From: Phallusia mammillata
Taxonomy: Eukaryota
Reading direction: 5' to 3'
Length of the DNA stretch: 64,000 nt
Assembly: GCA_965637545.1 (NCBI GenBank)
Contig: OZ281501.1
Coordinates: 6,758,001 to 6,822,000 of the forward strand
Both the position numbers and the translations under genes were made by a program. The notes beneath the pieces were generated by a model, which did not search any database, was not told the DNA's origin, and saw only the letters and a list, made by a program, of their open reading frames with translations. Positions within the stretch are counted from its first letter, which is position 1; each line of letters begins with the position of its first letter. Shown in pieces: positions 53,067 to 64,000 of this stretch.

Positions 53067-55546
53067 TCACAATGAGTCAAAATTATCTGGCAAATGATAC
53101 TGTTCACGAATTAGCTTTTCCACGTAATCCGGTATAATATCCTTCATGATGGATAATGGTATAATGTGATTAGGAAAGAAAATGTCACGGTCACGCATCA
53201 TTGTTCCTCGTACAATTTCAGCAGCGCATTCGATTTTCGAATGTAGATCGCTGTGTATATATTTCTGCAAGTTTGTTGCCATGTCTGTGTCTGAAAAAGT
53301 TTTACAGATTTTTTGGGTTTTTCTGTTTACTTGCTTGCATTTTTCTGCCTGGATACTTTTTTTTATATTTGACTAATCATAAACACAACAAAACTGACTA
53401 AAACAAGCGTTTTGCCAGAAGATGCCACCAACTAATTTCCGCAGACAGCAAATGTCGTCAGTTTTAAGCACTTTTTAAACCTTCAATAACCTAAATTGAT
53501 ATGGCAAATAGCATTTTTGTGCCAGTGTTGTAATATGTGTTTATTTCTTCAGTTTCCTTTATTGCACTCAGTTAAAGTTATCTTTATTTGACAAAATTAT
53601 ACATCAATTTGCAATCAAGTTTCCCAGTGAATCAACACAAGTATCGTTTTACCTATAAATCCAAGATTGCAAAGAGAAATTAAGACCTCTGTTGTTTTGT
53701 TGAACATCAGCTCCTGTCGTAAACTCGTGAAAAAGCCGTTTAGTGCGAACTTGCTTGTGCTGTACTGGACTTGCAGTGGAACACCAACCATACCTGAATT
53801 AAGTAATATAAATCTAAGTTCTTAATATGTTGTTTCAGGTGTTTGAACATTGGTCACTTCATTTAGAATGACAGAGTAATCAGATTTGCTTCCAAATTTT
53901 TTAACGACTCTTATATCATGTGTCTCCTGTGCGACAAACTACGTTTGTCAATCGGTTTTATCTTAATGTCACATAACCTGCTGCCGAAGAAACTGCCACG
54001 ATTCTTCCCTTGTTTTTAATCAAAGTTTTCAGGGCAACGGTTGCCATGTGAGCGTGGGTCCAGGTGTTAGTCATCAACGCTCGTTCGATTTTGGCAACGT
54101 TGTGTTGGTAACCTCCGTAAATTGATCCAGAATCAACGTGATTCAAGATAAGGACGTCGATTCCACCTTAAAACCAACCAGTACAACGTTAGATTGAAGA
54201 GTATGGTCATTTGAGCGCTAGATAAGTCATTGTAGAACTGATTATTATAACATTGGAATAAGATTTTTTGGTCAGTTTAAGCTTAACCCTATTGTTTAAA
54301 TCCGTCATTACATCAAAAACATACCAATTGAAAAAAGCTTGCAGTGGCCATTAGGTACTAATACTATTCTAGTGCCGGGTACTAAAACAAAACTACATAA
54401 TTATAACCGCTCAAAACCGGCATACAGGGATGTGCAATCTGCCGCCCATTGATTAAATAAAGGTCGTGCGGCTCGCAGAGGCGCTTGAATTTAAAATATA
54501 CTGGCAAACGAGTCAAATTGTTACATATTTTTGAGCAGATGAATGCGCCCAGTGCTATTTTTCTGCGACCTGACAATATGCGGCTAGAATCAAAATACTT
54601 GTAGTTAGGCATACTTGGTACGGAACAAAGTATCACCTTGTGTTATACAAAGGTGCGGCCCGCCATCCTATCATAGCAACAGCATTTTGCACCACAGTAG
54701 CAAAGGTTGTACACCCCTGGTTCAAACAATCGCAAATAAAATGTAATTTAAAGTATGGAGAGGAGAATTTTCAATGCAAAATGGAGCATAGTTTTGAGAG
54801 TGGGCAACTTTTAAGTCCAAACCAAAAGGTGCAATCCCTGTTCGACTTAAAATCGAGTCCATCGTTCAACATTAGCTGGGAAACATTTGTTAATCATTAA
54901 TATCAGCAGCACCAGAAACTGGTGTATAGTACTTTTCCAGAAGCACAATGCCTATAGTTCTAACCAAATTTCTCCATTGCTGTATGGATAACTTTGGATG
55001 CATTCTTGTAACTGCCCATTGACACAGCAACATAATATGACTCTGGCGAACCAAGCTCCTTGCATTTCTTTACAACCTGAAACAAATTTGAGAAATTCAA
55101 GCCTTCATACAACATGACCATTAATTTGCCAACATGTTTAATGAGCTACCGAACACTATTTGTTTGAGTTGACCAAACAATAAATACATCTTGTAGGTTG
55201 TAGCATACCAACGTGACATTATAATTTCATGTTAGGTTAATGGCTTACTTTCTGCAACTTGCTTTCCGTTCGTGCTGTAACCAAGACCTTGGCGCCCAAG
55301 CTGGCAAATTTGTAAGCAACCTCTTCACCAATACCAGTACTGCTTCCAGTAACTACAACTCTGAGACCAGCGACCTCAGCTAAGAAGCAATGTACTAATG
55401 TACTACAATGTTAAGAACAATTTACGACTTCAGTTAAGATGATTCAAATTACCTGGGTCATATTGAGGCTTTCTTCGAAAGAAACCAAAATACACCACAA
55501 CTGCAATTACTGCAGCGACAGCAGCTTTCGTTTTTAACCCAGCCAT
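53067..55546 (-). CDS. HSD11B1L: HSD11B1-like SDR, tandem copy 2
   Basis: MAGLKTKAAVAAVIAVVVYFGFF; TGSSTGIG; GIDVLILNH; GRIVAVSSAAG; YSTSKFALNGFF; last exon MATNLQKY...DSL*. Same intron positions as copy 1. Confidence 0.88.
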
Positions 55547-57175
55547 ACCTTACATTCTTGAATACAGCTAAAAACACACGCTTAATATAAAAATGCACTT
55601 AAAATGAATATCAGTTCAATATCAGTTCTATAACAGGATGTCACCAATTGATTGATTCAGCAGCAAAGTCTGTTCTAAAAGAGCTTGCTACATGACTTGT
55701 AGCGTCTGTAACGTGATACTGGTGCAGTGCAGCCAGCGTAGCCAACAAATCAGGGCAGCAGGCTACCGACCAGTCAAAGACGCTGGTTTGTTTGCGCCTC
55801 GAGCCACTTGTGAACAAAAAAGACAGAAGCGTGGAATAATCAAATAAAGTTTTCATGACCGTTTTGAGCAAATCTCACAGTACGATTTGGTTGCATGGAT
55901 CTATTTTAACAAACTGTGCCGATTTGATGTCGATATTGTTTTAACAAACGCAAATACGTAGCCTATTACCAGTTACGTAGCAGGCTAAATATTAAGGCCG
56001 TTTCCGAAATGAGGGGTCGGCAAATCCTGGCACGCAAGGTAATTCTGTATAACACACCAAACGATTTGTGAAATAATACCAAAGTACTTTTGGTATAATT
56101 CAAACAAGTATATCTAAGGAGTATTGGTAAATTCAAACTATTACGTTGCTTGTTTATAGTTTATTTTGATGCAATAGTCTCAAAACCCACCCTGCGCGCA
56201 CAAATCTTTCTGCCTTCTAAATATGATTTATATCAGCTGTTATACAAGTTGCATGTTTGCCAAACATGCACTCCAGTTGTATCTGTTTTAGAAAACCTGT
56301 GACTTTGATTTTTTTATCTGCTGATAGATTGGTTACATTTCAAATGAACTGTGTCCTGACAAGAAGTCTCCTACGTGCGTCATATCTCATCGTCATAGTA
56401 TACTCGGCTGCATCGAATTTGCCGTCAACTTGACTTATTCGCATGCCACAAAAAAACGCAAAGAACAGTTCGGGTTTTTGGATCCAGTTTAAAAGGACTT
56501 AACCGATAAACCGGCAACATTTGTGACAAATTTATCCCTTGGTGACTTGGCCGCCTAATTTGTTTTTTATGTACAAATACGGTTTTTGACGAATTCCTGG
56601 CTACTATACTTTCTAGTTCGGGCCCAAAAACTGACCCAGCTTTGACACAAACAGAAAACGTGAAGTTTTTTTCTGCCTGCAAACAGTGCACAGTTTCGAC
56701 CTATAAGGTTTTTTAATGCAGTTGGTGACACGGCATCGGCCGTACGACCTGGATCGTGTACATTTTTCAGTGTCCTGATTATAGCAGTCGACACTTTGTT
56801 TTTATTTGGGTAATTAAGCCATAGTCATAAAACACGATCACAACATGTCTATCGACTTGTAGTTTCACAATAAGTCACAATGCAAACGTAGTACAGCCGT
56901 ATTTTCACACAAATTCATGTTAATTTATTATTTACTTAATGCATTTACAGGAAAAACAGTTATTACGTAGTGCTTACTTTATGTTCGTTTTCTTCTTGTG
57001 TTCACAATTTAAACAAAAATTCACCAAAAACAAATAGATAGGGTCAGCTTTAAAAAAAAAGCAAATTGTGGTTCCAGCTGCACCCTTTTTGTTTCAACGC
57101 TTATAACCCGTATGTCACCTGTTTTATTATACTTGGGCGCTGAAACAAATTAAATTGATTCATTGATTGTAATCA

Positions 57176-59150
57176 TCACAATGAGCCGGGCGCATGATAC
57201 TCTTCACGAATAAGTTTTTCCACGTAATCTGGTATAATGTCCTTTATGATGGACAGTTGTACAATGTTGTCAGGAAAGAAAATGTCACGGTCACGCATCA
57301 TTGCGCCTCGTACAATTTCAGCAGCGCATTCAATTTTCGAATATAGATCGCTGTGTATATATTTCTGCAAGTTAGTTGCCATGTCCGTGTCTGAAAAAGA
57401 TTTACAGATTCTTTTTTTTGGGGGGAGGGGTCGTTTTACGTACGTACATTTTTGTCTGTCTAGTTACATCTGTTAAAACAAGAGACTTAGTACTGTCAAT
57501 AATAAAGTTTACTAATATCGCTAATTTGACAAATTCATGCATTTGCAATCAAGTTTCCCAGTAAAACTACTTAAGTATCGTTTTACCTATAAATCCAAGA
57601 TTGCAAAGAGAAATTGAGACCTCTGTTGTTTTGTTGAACCTTAACTCCTGACGTAAACTCGTGAAAAAGCCATTTAGTGCGAACTTGCTTGTGCTGTACT
57701 GGACTTGCAGTGGGACACCAACCATACCTATAATAAGCAACATAAATAAAATGTTTTTGCGGTGTTTAACTTTAAACATTGGTCATTTCATTTAGAGTGA
57801 CTGAATAATCTGATTTGCTTCCAAATTTCATGACGACTATGACATGCGCCTGCTTTCGGTCGTTTTGCCAAGCGGTTGTGTTGACGTGATACAAAACCTG
57901 CTGCCGAAGAAACTGCCACGATTCTTCCCTTGTTTTTGATTAAATTTTCCAGAGCAACAGTTGCCATGTGAGCGTGGGTCCAGGTGTTAGTCATCAACGC
58001 TCGTTCAATTTTGGCAACGTTGTGTTGGTAACCTCCCAAAATTGATCCAGAATCAACGTGATTCAAGATAAGGACGTCGATTCCACCTAAAACCAACCAG
58101 TGCAACCATAAATGTCTCTGTTGATCTAGTTATTTTTGAACTGCAATGCAGGCCTACTGTTGCACTGCATATTAAATAAACGCAGATTTTTGTTCGGTAT
58201 GGAGGGGTTTTAAATTCAAAATCAAGCAAAGCTGTGAGCGAGATAACATTAAACCCAAACCAAAAAGTACAAGACCTGTCCTTAAACTCTTTCGTTTAAC
58301 TTTCGATTTTTGTTTGCTACAACGCGCCGTATTGACTCACAAACAAGCATTAATCCATCATATAGCAGCACCGGAGACTGGTGTATAATACCTTACAAGG
58401 CTTACATCAAGTACTGTGTCTATGTAGTTAAACAATTTAGCTACTGTTACTGAAAACTGCCAAGTTTACCAAATTTTTCCATTGCCACATCGATAACTTT
58501 TGATGCATTCTTGTAACTGCCCATTGACACAGCAACATAATATGATTCTGGTGAACCAAGTTCTTTGCATTTCTTTACAACCTGAAACAAATCAGAGCGA
58601 TTCAAGCTTTCAAAAAATGGCCATTTATTGCCAACAGGCTTAATGAGCTACCAAACACTGTTTGTTTGCGTTGACCAATCAATAAATACATTTTGTAGCA
58701 TACCAACGTGACATAAGAATTTTAAAACTAGAGTATTGCTCATCCAGCAGTTTTATTGTAAACAATCGACGTTTCGACGTCCGAAACGAGACGCCCTCAT
58801 CAGGATAATGGCATATCTTGCAAGACAAATAAGAATTCCATGTTAGGTTGCTGGCTTACATTCTGCAACTTGCTCTCTGTTCGTGCTGTAACCAAAACCT
58901 TGGCGCCCATGCTGGCAAATTTGTAAGCAACCTGTTCGCCAATACCAGTACTGCTTCCAGTCACTACAACTCTGAGACCAGCAACTTCAGCTTAGAAGAA
59001 ATGTACTGTTTCAATGTAGAGAACAATTTACATAAGTAAAAGGTGATTCAAATTACCTGGGTTATATTGAGGCTTTCTTCGAAAGTAACCAAAATACACC
59101 ACGACTGCAATTGCTGCAACAACAGCAGCCTTCATTTTTAATCCAGCCAT
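57176..59150 (-). CDS. HSD11B1L: HSD11B1-like SDR, tandem copy 3
   Basis: MAGLKMKAAVVAAIAVVVYFGYF; TGSSTGIG; YSTSK; last exon ...EYHAPGSL*. Much closer to copy 2 than to copy 1, including flanking DNA. Confidence 0.88.
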
Positions 59151-60255
59151 ACTTTACATTCTTGAACACTGTTTACAACACAAGCTTAATGCACTTAAAT
59201 TTAATAACAGTTTTAAAATAGCATTCCAACAGTTAATTGATTCAGCAGCAAAGTCTGTTCTAAAAGAGTTTCTTATCCTAACCTAAGCCAATTTATCAGA
59301 TACTGTGCCTCTGGTTTGGTTCCAGCTTATTATATGCCTTGTAACGTCTGTAACATGATACTGGTGCAATGCAGCCTGCGTTGCCAGTAAATAAGGCCAA
59401 AGGCTACCGACCAGTCAAACAAACTGGTTTATTTGCGCCTGGAGCCACTTGTGGACAAAAGTGACAGAAGCGTGGAATAGTTAATCAGATTAAACATGCA
59501 GTTTTGAGCGAATCTAAAGTGCCGATTTGAAGTGCCTTATTGCCCCTACGTGTCGTCGCCCATGCTGACATTTCATCACAAATCTAGTTAGGTTTGTATA
59601 TAATGCAACATTGTCTTCAGCGTCTCAAATGTTGACAGTGTGCTTTCGAAATTCTCCAATATTTTTTCGCTGTAGCGTGAGAAAAGGAATGTGTACAGGT
59701 TTACTGCAAAAGGGAGCTTGAATCGTTTTTGAACTCTTTGTGCAGCTGTAACTTAACGATGGTACATTTTTGGAATTTGTGGGAGATAAGGAGAAACTGT
59801 TTAAAAGTGGCACGCAGAGCATTTGAAAATGGCACGCAACTTTTGGACATTCTGATGGTAAACATTAGGATTTGTCACGCAATTAATATTTTTCTATTGA
59901 TCTTTTTGGCCTTTATTCTAAATTCAGTAAAGATGATCAGTATCAAGGTTACACAAATCCACTAATTAAATTGGTCGTTTTTAGACTCGAATTCTGGATA
60001 ATTCCGGGCCTTTATGCTGTCGTATTATATTCCATGTTATGGATTCTGCGCTTTAAGCGTCATGGTATGTTATAAAAGGTTTCTGGAGTATCATAAACAA
60101 GTTTACTCGCGTTTGACAACATATTTTTTTCTACCGTTAAGACGTTTAAGACATGGTTTGGAAAAAGTAGGCCTACCAAACGTTGGCACGCGAGTATATT
60201 TAAAAACCTAGATTGGCACGGCGGTGCTTTCGAGTTGGACACCCCTGGTTTAAAC

Positions 60256-60683
60256 TAGTGATGCACCGAAGTTTCGGTTGGCCGAAACATTTCGGCCGAA
60301 TACGCTGTTTTTTGATGTTTCGGTTTCGGCCCGAACTTTTTTCGAAAATTCGGCCGAAACCGAACTTTTTGATTGCATTGAATTAATGCCTAAACTATCA
60401 TTTTCGCCTATACGAAACGTAATAAATTAACTAATTGTTGTGTATATATAACGAGCCACAATGTCTACAAAATATTACAAGTTTAGTAAAACTTCCGCAT
60501 AGTGAAAGTGATTTTGATTTATCATAATTCACTCCACTCGCATCCACGACACAAGGTTCACTTGGCAACATTCATATAAACGGGGATTTTAGGTTCGGCC
60601 TGATTCGGCCGAAATTATTCGGCCTCGTGGCCGAATATTCGGTTTCGGCCCGAACCTTTTTAGGCGGGTTCGGTGCATCACTA
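60256..60683. mobile_element. hAT MITE family B
   Basis: TIR TAGTGATGCACCGAA; perfect TSD GTTTAAAC (60248-60255, 60684-60691). Abuts the right end (GTTGGACACCCCTG) of another hAT MITE. A partial copy lies at about 20960-20998. Confidence 0.9.
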
Positions 60684-60962
60684 GTTTAAACTGTGTTTGT
60701 CATAGTGCTGCAGAGGTGTTTTCCAAATCAGTTGTAAACAATCACTTACCTTTTGCCAAAAGAGCGTACATAAAATGCTAAAAACAAATTTGTGTGAGAA
60801 AACTGAAATTCGAAATAGAACGCAGATTGCATTTTTTATTTTGTGAAAACAATAACGATTGAAATATATCCATCTTCTTTCCGCTTATTTAATAGAACGG
60901 CATCTTAGACATAGATATTCTGAACTAGCTCGGACAACATTTTTCCATGCACAATCGGTATG

Positions 60963-63900
60963 TCATAAATTGCCTTTAGCCTGGAAAAGCTGCTGGGTTA
61001 GCTTCACCCTGCAAAAGAAACTGCAAATTTAGTATTTATTCCTTAATATTATGTCAAAATAAATGTTTACACGCGAAAACTTCGCTCAACCTGTTAAACA
61101 AAGCCCCGTCTGTTGCGTCTGATAGTTTATTGAGGGCTTCCACCACCCCAAGGTCTCTCATTTTTTGTTGCCTGTCGTTTGATCCAACTTCATCAACGCG
61201 ACAAAGGGAGTTAACACATGCGACGCCAGCAGTTTGTAGCTACAAAACAGATTTATGGTTATATTTTGCAAACAGTTTCCGTGCACAATACTAGAAAACA
61301 CACAATAAATATACAACCAAGGACTTTTAAAAACAACAATACAAAGCAATAAGTAAACGCAGAAGGAAAACATGGGTCTCCAAAACTGCGTAAGCAAAGC
61401 CATTCAAACCAGGGTTGTAAATCAGGCCGGGCTTTTCGGGCCGGGTTCGGGCTTAGGTTTCTTCAAAAAAATGGGCCTGACTTTACACTCTGTGTCACTA
61501 TTTTTTGAATAAATTTAACTAGGTAAGTAGCCAGTTGCTGGACCTGACCAAATGTCAAACAGCCCTAAAACGCCTTGTTCAAGACCAATTGTCTATTATT
61601 GTATATTGCGTGTGTTGTCTTGGTCTTTCATTGTGCTTCAATGTATAGGCTTGCCAATCAAACTTTCGGGCCCAAACGCGCTTCTCAAAAACGAACTGGG
61701 TTCGGGCAGTGCTTTGGCCTTGTGCTTTTAGGTTCGGCCTCCATTTTCAGGCCCATTTACAACTCTGACAGTTTGTTGAATGTTGAATCCAAGATAGATT
61801 ACCAACAATTTATTACACATGTAGATATCCAGTCTTTGTTATCCTACGTCGCTTCGTGCAATGTTACTTATATGTACTATTCTAAACCGTTTTTATGTGC
61901 ACAATCGACATACCTAAACCTCAATACATAAAACACATACCTCTGTGTCGCTGGATCCAATAAACTGAACTAATCTTCTCATTAAATTTTCATTGTCGTC
62001 CCAATACTTTCGCAAGGTGGTGGCCCCGTCTCCGCCAGCAACACAGCCGAGCACACACAACGCATAAGTGTGCACAGCTGAGGCTACATCCCGGTTTCCA
62101 AGGGAGGTGGGTGGAGTGGGGACAGGTAAAGAGGTGGATTCAATTGCAATTGCACAAGCCTGCATCACCGTATCCCCTAACGTCGACATTACTATATCTG
62201 TATGCTAAATACAAAAATTGAGTTCACGATTTTTGCAATTGAAATGTTATACTGTAGGGCAGGGCAGGGCAGGGCTCGGCAACCTTTTTAGTACTGCGGA
62301 CCGTTTTTGAAACAGAAATTTCGGCCCGGTGGTTGCTGACCACTGCTGTAGGGGTCCGCAAATACTTTTTGGCGTTAACTAAATAATTAAGTTAAGAAAC
62401 AACCTTTGGCAAAAACATTGCACAAAAACAAAACAACATATTGTAAGCGTCACACATATTGTTGTCATGTCTATTGAGTTCATAAGTTATGCAAAACCAT
62501 ATACATGACAAAAATGTGACCCAACATTTGTAGATTTGTGATTTTTCGATTTTACACAAATGGCTCTTAAATTCCTTTTGGCGCTAAAGCTTGAGTTGTG
62601 TCTAATTGATTGAGTTATAAAGTATTACACAACCTGTTTTGGAAATGAGCATTAGGAATTAAAATTCGAGTTAAAATTGATTAAGAATTAAAAACAACAT
62701 TTGTATGCATATCATATCCTACAAAAAGAGTAAAGAAACAGCCGCCTATTGACACGAACCTCTTTGCTGGTAAGAACATTGTTTAAGACTCCAAGGGTTT
62801 TAGTAATGATGTCATAATCTGTACTTGTTAGCAGCGAAAACAAAAGATCGACTCCCAAAATATTCATTGCTTCCATCTTGAGTTTTAAATCTGCCTGCAA
62901 GTGAACAAGAAACGTAATCTTACATTCATAAATACATATTACATGTTGTTGTAGGAACAAAAATAGGCCTAATGTGGGCCTTTGTGTTCATGAAGACTGT
63001 CTAATACAGGGGTTCTTAACCAGGGGTACGTGTACCCCTTGGGGGTACGAAGCACCAAAGCAGGGGGTACGACATGCAGGCTAAAATTATACGCTATTTA
63101 GGCATATTTGTGAAGAATGCGTAACAAGTGACTTTGTTATATATCTAGAACGAGTTGGTTTTGTACTACTTACAATACTGTTTTAATGCATTCAACACGC
63201 AAGTTATAAATACACTGAGTTTAATTTCTATTATTACAATTTTATTTATTTTCGTCGGCCATTGTAGATAGGGGGTACGAGAAAATTTCATGAGAGCTCA
63301 AAGGGTACGGGCGCTAAAAAGGTTAAGAAACACTGGTCTAATAAATCGTAGCCCTCGTAGAGGGTGTCAGTGATTTTGGTTTTCCTGGTTCGGGCATTCG
63401 GGCGTTATGTCTTCATTAAGCTATGTTAAAGGCCCAAAGCCCAAGGCTACAAACCCCGTATTGGCTCATAGCTTTTTCCGATAGTTGTATTTACGTCGAA
63501 ACGACAGGACAAAAAATACAAGTGCCAGAGGAGCTATGTTGGATTTATATAAAGCTCACTTCTATATGACTTAAATGCAAATTGTGCATAACTTTCTGGG
63601 CAAAAGCGACAGTTGGAATGTGCCGTATGCTTAAACCCATTTATCTAAATTTTGAAACCCGGACCGAAGCAGCCTATAAGTAAAAACTTAAGTAAAGTAC
63701 ATAAACGCTTAAAAGAGCAACAAACGGTTCGCTTACTTGGAAAGTTACGTTGAGTAAGCACCAAACTCCGTTGCGCCGCAAGTGGATGCTCTTTTCGTTC
63801 TCGCACCAAATTTTTACAGGGTAAAGTATATTACGAAACAGTAGTTTGGCCTTGGTAGGACTGAACTCAAGCAGAAGGTTACAGACAACAGAACTGGCGG

Positions 63901-63976
63901 CAACTTGTTCTTTCACGGCTTTTGTATCATCGAAATTTAACGGCGTCGATTCTCTGTACCAGGGAGCATGAGCAAT
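60963..63976 (-). CDS. ARMC8: Armadillo repeat-containing protein 8 (CTLH/GID complex), 3' five exons; gene continues beyond window
   Basis: Exons 63976-63737, 62894-62760, 62204-61941, 61239-61091 and 61008-60963 are phase-consistent. ASSVVCNLLLEFSPTK..NGVWCLLNVTFQ..LLFSLL..D....KTLGVL.N..RQQKMRDLGVVEALNKLS matches the ARMC8 C-terminus as I recall it. Confidence 0.9.
61410..61767. mobile_element. MITE with CAG(G/A)GTTGTAAAT termini
   Basis: Inverted termini and internal GGGCCGGG/TTCGGG repeats; related ends at about 20-115 and 4320-4372. TSD not recognisable. Confidence 0.55.
62260..62345. mobile_element. Very short (86 bp) hAT derivative
   Basis: (CAGGG)3CTCGGCAACC...GGTTGCTGACCACTG flanked by perfect CTGTAGGG direct repeats (62252-62259, 62346-62353). 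Confidence 0.7.
63007..63335. mobile_element. hAT MITE in an ARMC8 intron
   Basis: TIRs CAGGGGTTCTTAACC / GGTTAAGAAACACTG; perfect TSD GTCTAATA (62999-63006, 63336-63343). Confidence 0.9.
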
Positions 63977-64000
63977 CTGAAATATACATGTGCATGCTTG

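Overview
AT-rich eukaryotic genomic DNA with short GT-AG introns. The gene families and style point to an invertebrate chordate, most likely an ascidian (inference). I assembled these phase-consistent gene models by hand: the 3' end of a carbohydrate 6-O-sulfotransferase (+); a complete four-module CCN matricellular gene (-) with a TATA/CRE/CCAAT promoter and an AP-1/CRE/TEAD-rich intron; a 6-exon orphan 7TM receptor (+); an 8-exon secreted Cys-rich modular protein with only phase-1 introns (+); a small single-pass membrane protein (+); three tandem HSD11B1-like SDR paralogs (-); and the 3' part of ARMC8 (-). Mobile DNA is abundant: many hAT MITEs, several with perfect 8-bp TSDs; an in-frame-deleted hAT; a 5'-truncated L2/CR1-group LINE; and a decayed ISL2EU/Harbinger-type element. 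The standout is a 5.5-kb Ty3/Gypsy (CsRn1-like) LTR element at 46610-52087. It has apparently identical LTRs, a 4-bp TSD and a tRNA-Trp-like PBS. It encodes gag, protease and an intact herpes-gB-like (class III) envelope but has no recognisable RT, RNase H or integrase. I found no rRNA, CRISPR array or functional tRNA. All homology statements come from motif recognition by eye, not database searches.
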